The notes: generated by a model not told the origin, from the letters alone. DNA of 64,000 nucleotides from Candidatus Thorarchaeota archaeon (GCA_016933575.1 JAFGAR010000088.1:192001-256000), one strand, 5' to 3'. Counted from the first letter of the stretch, positions 10,399 through 21,027 are shown. A program made the numbers and translations.

Positions 10399-12474
10399 TT
10401 AACTCTGGGAATGCCTTATTTTTCCTTCACGTGGACTGTACAGTATGCCTTCTGCCAACAGCTTCTCAATTACCTCTTCAGCCTGTTCACGAACTAGGCC
10501 CATCGTCACAGCTTTTTGAACTAACACATCTCTGTTGACTGTTGAGGCCCCTTCAGATTCCAGATCTTTAATTGCCTTAATGATGATATCAGAAGAACTA
10601 CGTTGAGAAGCACTCATTTTTGAAACAATACTATCTATGTCAATTTTGCCAGTAACACGATCTAGTGCAACCATTCTGAGAGATTCTTCCATTAACCGAA
10701 CAGCAGCCTGTGCATCTTCTTTTGTGACTTTGGGACGCAATGCCATTCGAGCTCTTGCTTCTGCTAGACGTACAAGAGACTCCAGTTGTCTTGCTGTGAT
10801 TGGGACAGCAGCACCCCCTTCAGCACTCTTTCGTAGACCAACATAAAAATTCTCGATTTCTTCGGCAGCTTCTGCAGAGAGTACTGGAATCACATAACGA
10901 TTCGCATACCCGATATACTTTTTCAGGAAACTTGGAGAGACTGGAGGAATTGCTGGTTCTGATTTTGTCTTCTTCATTTGGTGCATATTCAGAATAAACT
11001 GAGCAATTTCGCGATCTCTTGTCGCCTCAATAGTATCAACCATAATCCAGATTAAATCAAATCTTGAGAGAATAGTAAAAGGAAGTCGAATGTTATCCTG
11101 AACAGATAATTGTGGTTCATAGCGGCCTAGAGTAGGATTTGCGGCAGCAAGAATCGATGTTCTTGCATTTAGTGTTGCTACAATACCAGCTTTGGCAATA
11201 CTTACTGTGTGTTGTTCCATTGCTTCGTGGATTGCAGTTCTATCATTTGGGTCCATTTTATCAAATTCATCAATACATGCGATACCTTGATCAGAAAGGA
11301 CCAATGCACCAGCTTCGAGAGTCATGGCACCGGACTCGGTATCATGAACAACTGCTGCTGTGAGACCTGCAGCTGTAGTTCCTTTTCCAGATGTATAGAG
11401 ACCTCTGGCTGCAAGTCCTGCTACGAATTTAAGAATTTGACTTTTCCCAGTTCCAGGATCACCAATCATTAGAATGTTTGATTTACCACGAAGCCTAGTT
11501 CCATCAGGCAATGTTTTTCCAACACCGCCAAAGAGTAAAAGAGCAATAGATTCCTTGATGGAAGTATGACCTTGTATTGATGGTGCGATTGATGCGATGA
11601 TTCTCTCATGAACGTATGGATCTTCTTTTAATTCTTGAATCTGTTTTTCATCTTCTTCGGATATTTCAAGCTGTTCATATTCCTTCTCAGAGATTTCCAC
11701 ACCGTTGGCTTCAATAAATATATTGAAGGTTGCTAATTTTCCACCCCTTCGAGAGAAATCTGGTGTTGTTTGTAACAGCCCTGTTACTTTCACAAGATCA
11801 CCAGGTCGTGATATATCAACAATATCGCCTTCCAGAATAATATCAACTGATCGCGGCATTTGACCAGGAGGTAGTTCATCAGGAGATTCTTGAATTCTTA
11901 CTTTTTGCCAATCTCTAAATTGAGACTCATGAGGAAGCAGTCTCATCGGTGTTTTTTTATCGCAGAGTGGGCAACGAGCAGGTTCTGTATACCTTCCTTC
12001 TTCTTGCGTCTGAGGAATCTTCTCATCACAGATACGACACTGAAACATAGCCTGTACTAGAAGGGGTTTTACTTCACTAGCCCGCATCATAATCCCACTC
12101 ACATGTACAAGTTTTCCAATGTGTTTTGAGCGAATAGCACGAAGTGCTACATGGTCGCTATAGTTCGTAATTCTTGCTTTGATGGTTGTTATGTCGATAC
12201 TGTTAACGTAATCGGGATCTTCTATCCTGAGAACAGAAACGAGTGCCTCATTGACTGTGTCAATGAATTTCTGAGGATTCTCAGTTGCTAGAGCTAAGAA
12301 CAAATTATCAAAACTGATTAAATCTTGGAAATCAATAGACAATGAAACTTCATCATTGATAGACATTTGTTGAACCCGGGTCCAATATGCCAGAGCTCCT
12401 TGTTCATCCTTATAGGTTCTGAGAAATTCCTCAAATCGCTCTTGTGATTCATCATAGCTGGACATCATAATCAT
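10399..12474 (-). CDS. mcm: MCM replicative helicase
   Basis: GDPGTGKSQ, IDEFDKM, LSRFD, ITARQLES, C4 zinc finger. Confidence 0.97.
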   Translation of the reverse strand: MIMMSSYDESQERFEEFLRTYKDEQGALAYWTRVQQMSINDEVSLSIDFQDLISFDNLFLALATENPQKFIDTVNEALVSVLRIEDPDYVNSIDITTIKARITNYSDHVALRAIRSKHIGKLVHVSGIMMRASEVKPLLVQAMFQCRICDEKIPQTQEEGRYTEPARCPLCDKKTPMRLLPHESQFRDWQKVRIQESPDELPPGQMPRSVDIILEGDIVDISRPGDLVKVTGLLQTTPDFSRRGGKLATFNIFIEANGVEISEKEYEQLEISEEDEKQIQELKEDPYVHERIIASIAPSIQGHTSIKESIALLLFGGVGKTLPDGTRLRGKSNILMIGDPGTGKSQILKFVAGLAARGLYTSGKGTTAAGLTAAVVHDTESGAMTLEAGALVLSDQGIACIDEFDKMDPNDRTAIHEAMEQHTVSIAKAGIVATLNARTSILAAANPTLGRYEPQLSVQDNIRLPFTILSRFDLIWIMVDTIEATRDREIAQFILNMHQMKKTKSEPAIPPVSPSFLKKYIGYANRYVIPVLSAEAAEEIENFYVGLRKSAEGGAAVPITARQLESLVRLAEARARMALRPKVTKEDAQAAVRLMEESLRMVALDRVTGKIDIDSIVSKMSASQRSSSDIIIKAIKDLESEGASTVNRDVLVQKAVTMGLVREQAEEVIEKLLAEGILYSPREGKIRHSQS

Positions 12475-12562
12475 CCTCGATATTTATACAAAGACACTCG
12501 TACATCTGCATTCAGATTCCTGTTCTTGAGGGTTTGTATTTAAGGGCACTAATACTCACAGC

Positions 12563-13120
12563 CTATTCTGACATATTTTGGCGCCAACTAGAGAATAATT
12601 CAATTAGTTCTTCACATAACCAACGTTCATGAAGGGCCATTTGCTGCTTCTTCTCAGTATATGCATTGGATTTAGCTACTCGAAGTATCTTTGAAAGTCG
12701 TGTTTCGATTAATGATGGAGGAATTTTCAATAAATCTTCAACTGCTTCATATTCTCGAGGGTCTGTTGATGTCATATCGCTTTGCAACCGCAATATCTTA
12801 CGATTCATTGCTGTGTAGAGAAATGGATGAAATGTCTGGAGCACATGAGGTTTTTTCTCTTCTTCGCGGGATAAATTTTGGAGTCTTCGTAAGGACTCGT
12901 ATGCTGCTTCTGGAGCGACTTCGGCGTATTTTAGTTTGATTAGCTGCTCTATAATCCAGTTCGGTAGTTCAGCCCTATCGCCTTTCTTGTATGAACCTAT
13001 CCTTATACCAGCTACTGGAGTTTCAGGTATATCTTTCAAAAAGATACACTCCCGGATTTCGTTAAGGAAAAGCATCTCAAATCTCTTCATGGCTTCTTTT
13101 GAATCAGTGCAAATTCTCAT
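12563..13120 (-). CDS. gins23: GINS subunit Gins23 (B-domain at N-terminus)
   Basis: FLKDIPE...GDRAELPNW B-domain followed by a helical A-domain; directly upstream of mcm. Confidence 0.75.
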   Translation of the reverse strand: MRICTDSKEAMKRFEMLFLNEIRECIFLKDIPETPVAGIRIGSYKKGDRAELPNWIIEQLIKLKYAEVAPEAAYESLRRLQNLSREEEKKPHVLQTFHPFLYTAMNRKILRLQSDMTSTDPREYEAVEDLLKIPPSLIETRLSKILRVAKSNAYTEKKQQMALHERWLCEELIELFSSWRQNMSE

Positions 13121-13309
13121 GGCTGTACATGTTATCCTATCTTTATCGAGATAAAGGCCTTGCTCTACAAACCTGAGTAATAGGGATTAATTACGGTAGT
13201 TAATTCATAGAAAATGGTGACTCCAGAGTTTTCTGGAGAATCTTTTAAGAGGTTAATAATGCCTGTTCGAAGTAACTGATGGATTATTACAAAATGGTGG
13301 GAAGCCCTG

Positions 13310-14272
13310 ATGGATTTAGACTTGTGGACTGAGAAATATCGACCTCCTACTCTAAAAGAAATCCTTGGTCAACAGCCAATAATTGAGAGTTTAATGAAAT
13401 TTGTAGAAAGCAAAGCAGTACCTCATTGCCTCTTCACAGGTCCGCCTGGTACGAGTAAAACTACGGCTGCTACTGCAATGGCAAAAGATCTGTTTGGAGC
13501 AAGCCATGAACGTAATTTCATGGAACTCAATGCTAGTGATGAGAGAGGAATTGATGTTGTCAGAAATCAGATTAAGAATTTTGCACGGACCATGCCCTCT
13601 GGAGATGCACCATTCAAGATACTTGTATTGGATGAAGCAGATCATTTGACTGCTGATGCACAACATGCCCTACGGAGAACTATGGAGTCTTATGCTCAAT
13701 CTTGCAGAATGGTTCTAATTTGCAATTATTCAAGTCGAATAATCCCGCCAATTCAATCAAGGTGTGCAATTTTCCGCTTTTCACGATTGGATGATGATGA
13801 AATATCTTCGCGTTTAGAATATATAGCAAAACAAGAAAAATTAAAGCTCGATTCAAATGGAACTAAAGCCATTCTTTATCTTACAGAGGGCGATATGAGA
13901 GCCGCTATAAACTTGCTTCAGGCTGCATCATCAACAGGTCAAGTAATCACAGAGAAGATTGTTTATGCAATTTCCGGTAGAGCAAGCCCCGAAACAATAA
14001 AGACAATGCTTGCTCATGCTCACGAGAGAAAATATACTGATTCTCTTCAATTGCTCAAATCTTTACTACATCATGAGGGTATATCGCCAAATGATTTAGT
14101 CAAACAAATACATAAAGAGGTTCAATCATTGAATCTATCTAATCGACAACAGATGAATGTCTTAGAACAAATAGCTGAAGTCGAGTTTAGAATTGGTGAA
14201 GGTGCTAATGGAGAAATCCAGCTAGGTGCATTGTTGGCATATATAGGGTCGGGCAGTGATACCAGTGAATGA
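13310..14272 (+). CDS. rfcS: Replication factor C small subunit
   Basis: WTEKYRP, ELNASDERGID, LDEAD, IQSRC. Confidence 0.96.
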   Translation: MDLDLWTEKYRPPTLKEILGQQPIIESLMKFVESKAVPHCLFTGPPGTSKTTAATAMAKDLFGASHERNFMELNASDERGIDVVRNQIKNFARTMPSGDAPFKILVLDEADHLTADAQHALRRTMESYAQSCRMVLICNYSSRIIPPIQSRCAIFRFSRLDDDEISSRLEYIAKQEKLKLDSNGTKAILYLTEGDMRAAINLLQAASSTGQVITEKIVYAISGRASPETIKTMLAHAHERKYTDSLQLLKSLLHHEGISPNDLVKQIHKEVQSLNLSNRQQMNVLEQIAEVEFRIGEGANGEIQLGALLAYIGSGSDTSE

Positions 14273-15485
14273 AGATAGTCTTCCTTGGCCTGAAAAACAC
14301 AGACCAACCAGTCTAAAGTTCATCGTAGGTAACTCGGACACAATAGATATGTTAAAGAAATGGGTCCTATCTTGGAATAAAGGAGTTCCTGATAAACGGG
14401 CTGTTCTGTTAATCGGACCTCCTGGTACTGGGAAGACTGCGACTATTGGAGCTCTGTCACATGATTTGAATATGGAACTGGTTGAATTCAACTCAAGTGA
14501 TAAACGGAATAAGGATAGTATTGAAACACTTGTTTGGAGAGCTGCTTCGCAGCAGACACTTGATGGTCGGTCTCGAATTATACTTTTAGACGAAGTAGAT
14601 GGTCTTTCAGGAACAAGTGATAGAGGCGGAGTTGGTGCAATACAGAAAATCATCAAAGAAACGGTACATCCCATAATGATGACAGCTAATGACCCAGAGA
14701 GTCCTCGATTGAAGGACTTGTTCAAAATTTGTCAAGTCTTTACTTTTGAGCCAATTGATATCAATGAGATTATACAGGTACTAACAAAAATAGTCAGACT
14801 TAACAAAGCTGAAGTTTCTGAAGATGTTATCAACCAAATTGCAGAGAATTCTGCAGGAGACCTTCGTGCAGCAATATCCGATTTGGAAACATATGTGAAA
14901 CGTGGTGTAGTATCAGAATCTATCGAATCAGTAACAAGAGATGTAAGACGCGGAACAGAAGAAACCCTTAGTAGACTTTTCATGACCAATGACTCAGGTT
15001 TCGCTCGAAGAGTGCTGTCTGAGTCCGAATTGGATCATGATATGCTAGTTCTATGGTTAGAAGAGAATCTGCATCTTCATCTTCTTTCTCCAAAGGAATT
15101 GGATCAGGGATTTGAAGCACTATCACTTGCTGATTTGACCTTGGGGAGAATCATGCTAAATCAGAATTGGAAGCTTCTTTCTTACCTGTATGATTTTATT
15201 GCATTAGGTGTCATAGGAAGTAGGACTGAAACACCTTATAGAAAGATTAGTTATTCAAGACCGACATGGCCTCTTCTTGTTTGGCAAGGAAACAAATCGC
15301 GAGATAAACGATCAGATATTCTTTCAGCACTAGCAAGTCTGACAGGTGTTTCTAAACGGAGAGTAATGCAAACCCATTTCGATACTATTACCGAGATAAT
15401 TGGTATCAGACCTGGATTAATCAAAGACTATGCAAGTTGGTTGAATGTTGAGAAAACATCATTGAAGAAGCAAAGTAATCGGTAA
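14256..15485 (+). CDS. rfcL: Replication factor C large subunit
   Basis: WPEKHRP, GPPGTGKT, EFNSSDKR, LDEVDG; follows rfcS. Confidence 0.92.
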   Translation: MIPVNEDSLPWPEKHRPTSLKFIVGNSDTIDMLKKWVLSWNKGVPDKRAVLLIGPPGTGKTATIGALSHDLNMELVEFNSSDKRNKDSIETLVWRAASQQTLDGRSRIILLDEVDGLSGTSDRGGVGAIQKIIKETVHPIMMTANDPESPRLKDLFKICQVFTFEPIDINEIIQVLTKIVRLNKAEVSEDVINQIAENSAGDLRAAISDLETYVKRGVVSESIESVTRDVRRGTEETLSRLFMTNDSGFARRVLSESELDHDMLVLWLEENLHLHLLSPKELDQGFEALSLADLTLGRIMLNQNWKLLSYLYDFIALGVIGSRTETPYRKISYSRPTWPLLVWQGNKSRDKRSDILSALASLTGVSKRRVMQTHFDTITEIIGIRPGLIKDYASWLNVEKTSLKKQSNR

Positions 15486-16278
15486 TACCAGACAGAGTTA
15501 GACTTGATCTTCTAAGAAAGTCTTGTCGGGTACTTAGGTATTTGTGGATTCTTCTCAATGCATATTTACTGGATATTAACCGTAGGGGAACAATAGTTTC
15601 TACTAATACGAGATTTTCAGGTGGTGCAGGTTCAATTCCACCACGAAAAGTTCTGTGACTGCCTTTTAGTACTTCTAAAACTACATCAGGTTTTTTCTTG
15701 CCTTGACCAATCTCAGTCAACAGTGTTACAACTTTTCTTACAAATTTCCAGAGAAAGCTCGTTCCAAAAACATCCAAGAAAAAAACTCCAGAAAACTCTG
15801 CAACTGCCATGTTGAGTACAGTAGTGACAGTATTTCGCCTTTCGTCAGGTTTTGATAAGAATTGAAAGTCATTAGAGCCAAGTAGTAAATGAATCGCTTT
15901 TCTTATGTTTTTCAGGTCGATTGTCTTCCAAGAGTCATCAAGAAAGTACCTGTAATGGCGCATCAATACACTTGAACGAGGTTTAAAGTCTTCAGGGGCT
16001 ATTATCTTAGCCCATAGTACAATATCTTCAGGAAGATGTTTGTTAATTCCTTCAATACTGATTTTCCTATCAGTAGTTATTAGAGCTAACTGACCAAGGC
16101 TATGAACACCACGATCAGTTCTTCCGGATAAATGAACGGTTTGAGGTGAGTGTGATTCTCCACTCCATTTTGAAATAGCTCTAATTAGCTCGCCTTGAAC
16201 TGTTCTCAAACCAGGTTGATGTTGTGAACCGTGATAGTGGTCTCCGAGGTAGAACAGACGTGCCAAGTAATCTGGCAT
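15421..16278 (-). CDS. truA: tRNA pseudouridine(38-40) synthase
   Basis: GSQHQPG, SGRTDRGVH, SFLWKFVR. Confidence 0.92.
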   Translation of the reverse strand: MPDYLARLFYLGDHYHGSQHQPGLRTVQGELIRAISKWSGESHSPQTVHLSGRTDRGVHSLGQLALITTDRKISIEGINKHLPEDIVLWAKIIAPEDFKPRSSVLMRHYRYFLDDSWKTIDLKNIRKAIHLLLGSNDFQFLSKPDERRNTVTTVLNMAVAEFSGVFFLDVFGTSFLWKFVRKVVTLLTEIGQGKKKPDVVLEVLKGSHRTFRGGIEPAPPENLVLVETIVPLRLISSKYALRRIHKYLSTRQDFLRRSSLTLSGITDYFASSMMFSQHSTNLHSL

Positions 16279-16294
16279 TCAACAATTTCACTCC

Positions 16295-16579
16295 TTATGA
16301 TTCCCAAAGATCAAAGAAATTTCGTAATGAACGTGCTCGTAGGTCTTCAATCTTGTAGCGATAGATCTTAATCCTGCCAAACTTCTTTTCTTCAATTAAT
16401 CCAGAGCTCATCAATACTTCTAGATGTGACTTTGTAGAACTATGATTTAACTCCACTCTTCTACAGAGCTCGGAGATATTTAGTTCAGTGGCTTTTGCTA
16501 GTTCTTTCAAAATCTTAATTCTCCCTCTAGAGGAAAAAAGATCTTCAATGGCAACCTTTGGAAACTTCTCAGTTTTCAA
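16295..16579 (-). CDS. ArsR-like winged-helix protein (downstream of cdc6)
   Basis: FSSRGRIKILKEL...ELNISELCRR...GLIEEKKFGRIKIY. Confidence 0.8.
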   Translation of the reverse strand: MKTEKFPKVAIEDLFSSRGRIKILKELAKATELNISELCRRVELNHSSTKSHLEVLMSSGLIEEKKFGRIKIYRYKIEDLRARSLRNFFDLWES

Positions 16580-16586
16580 TAGTATT

Positions 16587-17792
16587 TCACAGCTCCTGTG
16601 AATCTAGTATAGTTGTAATGTAGCTCTCCAACATTTCAGCAGGAACTTCAGAAAGCCCAATTAGTGTTGTTTGTCCACGTTGACCACTGCCTGATCGTTT
16701 TGTATCAATAATTCCGTGAGCATTAAGATCTTGAATCCATTCCCAAATTTGAGTGTGGGCTCTAGGTTCTTCATTATACTCCTCGCATGAGGAACGGTAC
16801 ATGTCTTCAACTTCACCCATGGTGACATAGGCGCTGCGAGTTTCTTTTAGTTGACGAGCTGTAGCTAAAAGAAGTAGCTTATGTTGTGGGGAGAGAGTAC
16901 TGAATATTTCTTTTCGTAATTCAGGATGCGTATCTGCCTTTGCTTGTCGTGCATAGTCAGGAACTACAATATCGGTTTGATCATTATCAGCTTGTTTTCC
17001 AGCACGCCAAAGTAATTCTATAGCATATCTTGCATCTCCACGTTCTGCTGCAATGTCTGCGATTACATGTATGGTTTCGTCCATTACTGAGCTTTTCTCA
17101 AATGCCATTTCAACGCGGTTTCGGAGTATATCATATAATGCATCTCTATCATATCTTGAAAAACGTAGAATGTTTCGTTGAAGTGTACTAAGTGTGCTCG
17201 AGTCAAGAATATCTTCATCAAGTGGGATTTTACGACCGATTCCAATCATCGAAACACGCTGACGAGCATTGAGTTGATCGTCTGTGAGTCGGGTCAAATC
17301 ATATAGAATATCAGCCCCTCTCTGTCTGATGAAATAATCAAGTTCATCAAGAATGAGAAGTAAATATCTATCTTCTTCATCGAGAACCTCAACTAACATC
17401 TGTAGGAGTTCTTCTGGTGAGTGACCACGACGAGGAAATTCTGGCTTGAATTCTCTAAGGGCTCGAAGAAAGACAAGATAGGCTGTCTTATTTACACGAC
17501 AATTGATGTGAATATTATGGAGATTGATGTTTCGGCGTTCAGCTGCTTGGACCATCTGTTCAGCAAATCTCTTTGCAACAGCAGTCTTTCCAGTTCCAAC
17601 TGGACCTTCAATGATGAATTTATGACTGGTTCGCCCTGGAGAGTTAATCAATGTCTTAAAATTCTGTGCAAGAGTTCTAAGCTCAGATTGACGGTGAGGA
17701 AGGCTCTCAGGTACATAGTCGATTGATAGGAACTGCTCAGATTTGAAAACACTGCGTTTGCTTAGTTCATCCTCAATATAATCATGCACCAT
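16587..17792 (-). CDS. cdc6: Orc1/Cdc6 replication initiator
   Basis: YVPESLPHR, GPVGTGKT, LDELD, GDARYAI, C-terminal wH. Confidence 0.95.
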   Translation of the reverse strand: MVHDYIEDELSKRSVFKSEQFLSIDYVPESLPHRQSELRTLAQNFKTLINSPGRTSHKFIIEGPVGTGKTAVAKRFAEQMVQAAERRNINLHNIHINCRVNKTAYLVFLRALREFKPEFPRRGHSPEELLQMLVEVLDEEDRYLLLILDELDYFIRQRGADILYDLTRLTDDQLNARQRVSMIGIGRKIPLDEDILDSSTLSTLQRNILRFSRYDRDALYDILRNRVEMAFEKSSVMDETIHVIADIAAERGDARYAIELLWRAGKQADNDQTDIVVPDYARQAKADTHPELRKEIFSTLSPQHKLLLLATARQLKETRSAYVTMGEVEDMYRSSCEEYNEEPRAHTQIWEWIQDLNAHGIIDTKRSGSGQRGQTTLIGLSEVPAEMLESYITTILDSQEL

Positions 17793-17860
17793 AACAGACC
17801 AATGTAATTTTTATCAGAACCACCTTAAAAGCATTTGCGGATTGTACGATTAAAAGTACA

Positions 17861-17987
17861 TTATGAGGGGAGGTTGCCGAAAGTATTGGCGAGCTCCTAA
17901 CTCAAGATCCATATCATTGTCATAAAGACTCATCGGGGTCATAGCAATCATCACTCGCCAAATGATTAGAGGATAGTTCCCCCATAA
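17861..17987 (-). ncRNA. Candidate structured small RNA downstream of tRNA-Gly (C/D-box-like motifs)
   Basis: Nested complementary arms (17861-17871/17978-17987; 17886-17893/17954-17961); GTGATGA, ATGA-ccc-CGATGA and TTGA on the minus strand. Confidence 0.35.
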
Positions 17988-18001
17988 ACTTGACGACAAA
18001 A

Positions 18002-18076
18002 TGGTGCGACCGCCGGGATTTGAACCCGGGTCACAGGCTTGGGAAGCCTGCATCTTAACCCCTAGACAACGGTCGC
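18002..18076 (-). tRNA. tRNA-Gly(CCC), no intron, CCA encoded
   Basis: GCGACCG...CAGGC-TTCCCAA-GCCTG...GGTTCAAATCC...CGGTCGCACCA. Confidence 0.96.
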
Positions 18077-18172
18077 TGTGCAAATCACTCAGACTGTGGT
18101 TGATAAAAGACTATCGGCAAATGCTATTCGAATTTGTCCTAAGAATATGCTTATCTGACTCCTGTAGTCAAA

Positions 18173-19324
18173 ATGGACTCGAGAGATACGAATATGGCTC
18201 CAAATATACGTACTAATTTCTGGCAGGGAAACCAAGCTTGTGCAGAAGCAGCAATAGCTGCAGGCTGTAGATTCTTTGCAGGTTATCCAATAACACCGGC
18301 TTCTGAGATTGCAGAAATTATGTCCCTTAGACTGCCCAAAGTAAATGGTGTATATATTCAGATGGAAGATGAAATAGCTGCTATTTCTGCTATAATTGGA
18401 GCATCTTGGGGTGGTATAATGACAATGACTGCTACTTCGGGTCCTGGTTTTAGTCTCATGCAAGAAAATCTTGGTTATGCAATAATGACTGAAACTCCAT
18501 GTGTCATTGTTGATGTACAAAGAGGTGGACCTAGCACTGGTCAGGCAACAAAAGCTGCGCAGGGAGATGTTATGCAAGCAAGATGGGGCACTCATGGAGA
18601 CCATGAGATGATTGCATTAGTTCCCAATTCACCTCAGGAAACATACGAACTTACAATTAAAGCATTCAAACTCTCTGAAGAACTTAGACATCCTGTCATT
18701 CTTTTATCCGATGAAATTGTAGCACACTCCAGAGAAAGAGTAGTGGTTGATGTACCATCAAAACCTTTGGTTAAAAGAAGATTTACAAGAAAAGATCAGC
18801 CACCCTTTGGAGGTGTTGATGATGATGGACATGCATTAATGCCAAAATTTGGTGATGGACATAATCTGTTGGTAACAGGTTCAACTCATGATAATGATGG
18901 ATTAAGAAAAACTTCAGAGTCTGAAGCACATGATAAACTTGTTCGGCGGCTCAATCAAAAAATTTGTGATGCACAAAATCTCTTAGAGGATGTTGTAATA
19001 TCTGGTCCAGAAACTGCTGAATGGGGAATTATTTCTTATGGATCAACTTCAAGATCTGTCGATGAATTAATGATTACCAATACTTCTGGTCTAACAATTA
19101 AGTCAATGAGACTGAGAACAGTATGGCCTTTTCCAGATGAATTTGTCAAAGAGTTTAGCTGTACTGTGGATAAGTTGCTTGTACCAGAATTAAACCTTGG
19201 ACAATTGTCAAGAGAAGTTACACGTGTAGTACGAAAAGGAGTTGATGTCGTTTCTTTGAACAAGATTGGGGGAGGACGTATGATAGAGCCACATGAATTA
19301 TTGGATAAAATGAAGCAGTCATAA
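18173..19324 (+). CDS. 2-oxoacid:ferredoxin oxidoreductase alpha subunit
   Basis: FFAGYPITPASE, QMEDE, TATSGPGFSLMQE, QRGGPSTG. Confidence 0.93.
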   Translation: MDSRDTNMAPNIRTNFWQGNQACAEAAIAAGCRFFAGYPITPASEIAEIMSLRLPKVNGVYIQMEDEIAAISAIIGASWGGIMTMTATSGPGFSLMQENLGYAIMTETPCVIVDVQRGGPSTGQATKAAQGDVMQARWGTHGDHEMIALVPNSPQETYELTIKAFKLSEELRHPVILLSDEIVAHSRERVVVDVPSKPLVKRRFTRKDQPPFGGVDDDGHALMPKFGDGHNLLVTGSTHDNDGLRKTSESEAHDKLVRRLNQKICDAQNLLEDVVISGPETAEWGIISYGSTSRSVDELMITNTSGLTIKSMRLRTVWPFPDEFVKEFSCTVDKLLVPELNLGQLSREVTRVVRKGVDVVSLNKIGGGRMIEPHELLDKMKQS

Positions 19325-21027
19325 TATGATGGTGTTTCTTGTGGAGAGATATTCTCAGGCAGTTCTTCACCAGTACTTGATTCAATGATTATGTTAGATA
19401 ATGTTGTTCTCATCCATATTGTTACGTTAATTGATTCGATGGATGATAAAAAGTATGATGCCGCTGTTTCAAAGTGGATTTTGTGTATACCTGGAACTAG
19501 CCAATAGGGTAGCTGTATGGATATCATTTGTGTCGAATTGAGATTTTCAATAGTTGCAAAGGGGAAGAGTTCATCAAAATAATACAGAGATAGTTTAACA
19601 ATCTCCACGGAATTGTTGTTTTGGTCATACGCGTTCAAGTCGATTTGTATAGATTCGCCATAATATATGGTGTCAATTGAAAAGTTAACATTTAGTTCAC
19701 CAATAATGAACAATTGAAACTCTGGGGATTCAGTTGAGAAATTATAGTACTCACTTTTGCTTTTTATTTGAATTAGATGAGGTCCAACTGATAGATTGTG
19801 CCAAGCTTCTATTTTTTGAAAAGTTATAGAATCTGGAAAAACATCAAAAAGGAGTTCAATTTCGCCTAAATTGTCAGATAATTCTAATGGAATAGATTGG
19901 TTCCAAGTAAAAGTTTCACTAATTATAAATTCAATCGTTACATTACTACCTATGATAACAGACCAGTTGCTCTGTGTTGGATAGAACTGCAGTATGTTTT
20001 TAAAAACAGAAACAATAACGGTTTCCGTCGCTGTTTGGAATTGAGAATTGATAGCGGTAATGTTGATTTGATAAGAACCAGGACCTGTTTGAAAAGGGAT
20101 TACAACTTCATACTCGCCACTACTTTTGTCTGTAAATAGTCCATTACCAAAACTAGAATTCCAAAAAATTGTACTACCTATTATAGCTGTATGATCTTCA
20201 GTTTCGTGATATAGTGAGATATTGGCATATTCAAAGTCACTCCCATCGGGTGACTGACTTAGGATAGAGTCAGGTTTTTGGTCAATTACAATATTAGAAG
20301 CCGCAGGGACGACAGAGATTGTTAGTTCTTTTGAGAATGAGAGAAAATCGTTGTTGCCGAACCCTGTAATTATTAAATCATAAATACCTGGCTCGCTCAA
20401 AGAGCCATTCCAATATAGATTGAAAGTGCCTTCAGAATTGGTTGTTTTATTTTCATTGATAATGGTTTCAAAGCTGGGATTAACGACTTGAATATTGACA
20501 AGTTCATTATTGTAAGTTATATTTTCGTTATGTATACTCTCAACATTCAAAGTAAAAGTAGTACTATTGCCAGATACTGCAGTTAACGGTGTTTCTGGTG
20601 TCACCGTAAGATGACCTCGCATTATTGTTACTATAACACTGTCACCAGCTCCTTGAGACACTGTGTCGAATATTTCCACATTGAATAGTACAAAAGCTTG
20701 AGTTCCGTTTATACCGGGATTGGTATGTTCTGGGAGAATTGAGTACGAGGAGTTCACAAAACGTTCATTTGGTGATGGTGGGATAAAGAACTCGTCTGCA
20801 AAAGCAGGGCCAAGATCGGTTACTACTGCAAAGGAAACATAGCACCATCCCTCGACTCCGAAATCAGCAATTATCTTGGAAACCATGTCAATCGTTTCCC
20901 CTACTTCATAGACCAGTTTATCGGTTTCAAAATATTGAAAATCAAAATAGAATGCTGATGCAGGAATTACCAAACTAAATACGACTATGAAAGATAGTGA
21001 TATTTTTATCAAAGTCTTCTTTTGCAC
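19036..21027 (-). CDS. Secreted/surface protein with Ig-like beta-sandwich repeats
   Basis: Signal peptide (KKTLIKISLSFIVVFSLVIPASA); beta-rich repeats with PGxYxLxI/VGPHLI motifs; many NxS/T sequons. C-terminus overlaps the antisense gene and is uncertain. Confidence 0.7.
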   Translation of the reverse strand: MQKKTLIKISLSFIVVFSLVIPASAFYFDFQYFETDKLVYEVGETIDMVSKIIADFGVEGWCYVSFAVVTDLGPAFADEFFIPPSPNERFVNSSYSILPEHTNPGINGTQAFVLFNVEIFDTVSQGAGDSVIVTIMRGHLTVTPETPLTAVSGNSTTFTLNVESIHNENITYNNELVNIQVVNPSFETIINENKTTNSEGTFNLYWNGSLSEPGIYDLIITGFGNNDFLSFSKELTISVVPAASNIVIDQKPDSILSQSPDGSDFEYANISLYHETEDHTAIIGSTIFWNSSFGNGLFTDKSSGEYEVVIPFQTGPGSYQINITAINSQFQTATETVIVSVFKNILQFYPTQSNWSVIIGSNVTIEFIISETFTWNQSIPLELSDNLGEIELLFDVFPDSITFQKIEAWHNLSVGPHLIQIKSKSEYYNFSTESPEFQLFIIGELNVNFSIDTIYYGESIQIDLNAYDQNNNSVEIVKLSLYYFDELFPFATIENLNSTQMISIQLPYWLVPGIHKIHFETAASYFLSSIESINVTIWMRTTLSNIIIESSTGEELPENISPQETPSYYDCFILSNNSCGSIIRPPPILFKETTSTPFRTTRVTSLDNCPRFNSGTSNLSTVQLNSLTNSSGKGHTVLSLIDLIVRPEVLVIINSSTDLEVDP

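Noticed and set aside
17793-18001. oriC directly upstream of cdc6
   Set aside because: No TCCA-TGGAAA/G-string ORB and no extended AT-rich unwinding element seen.
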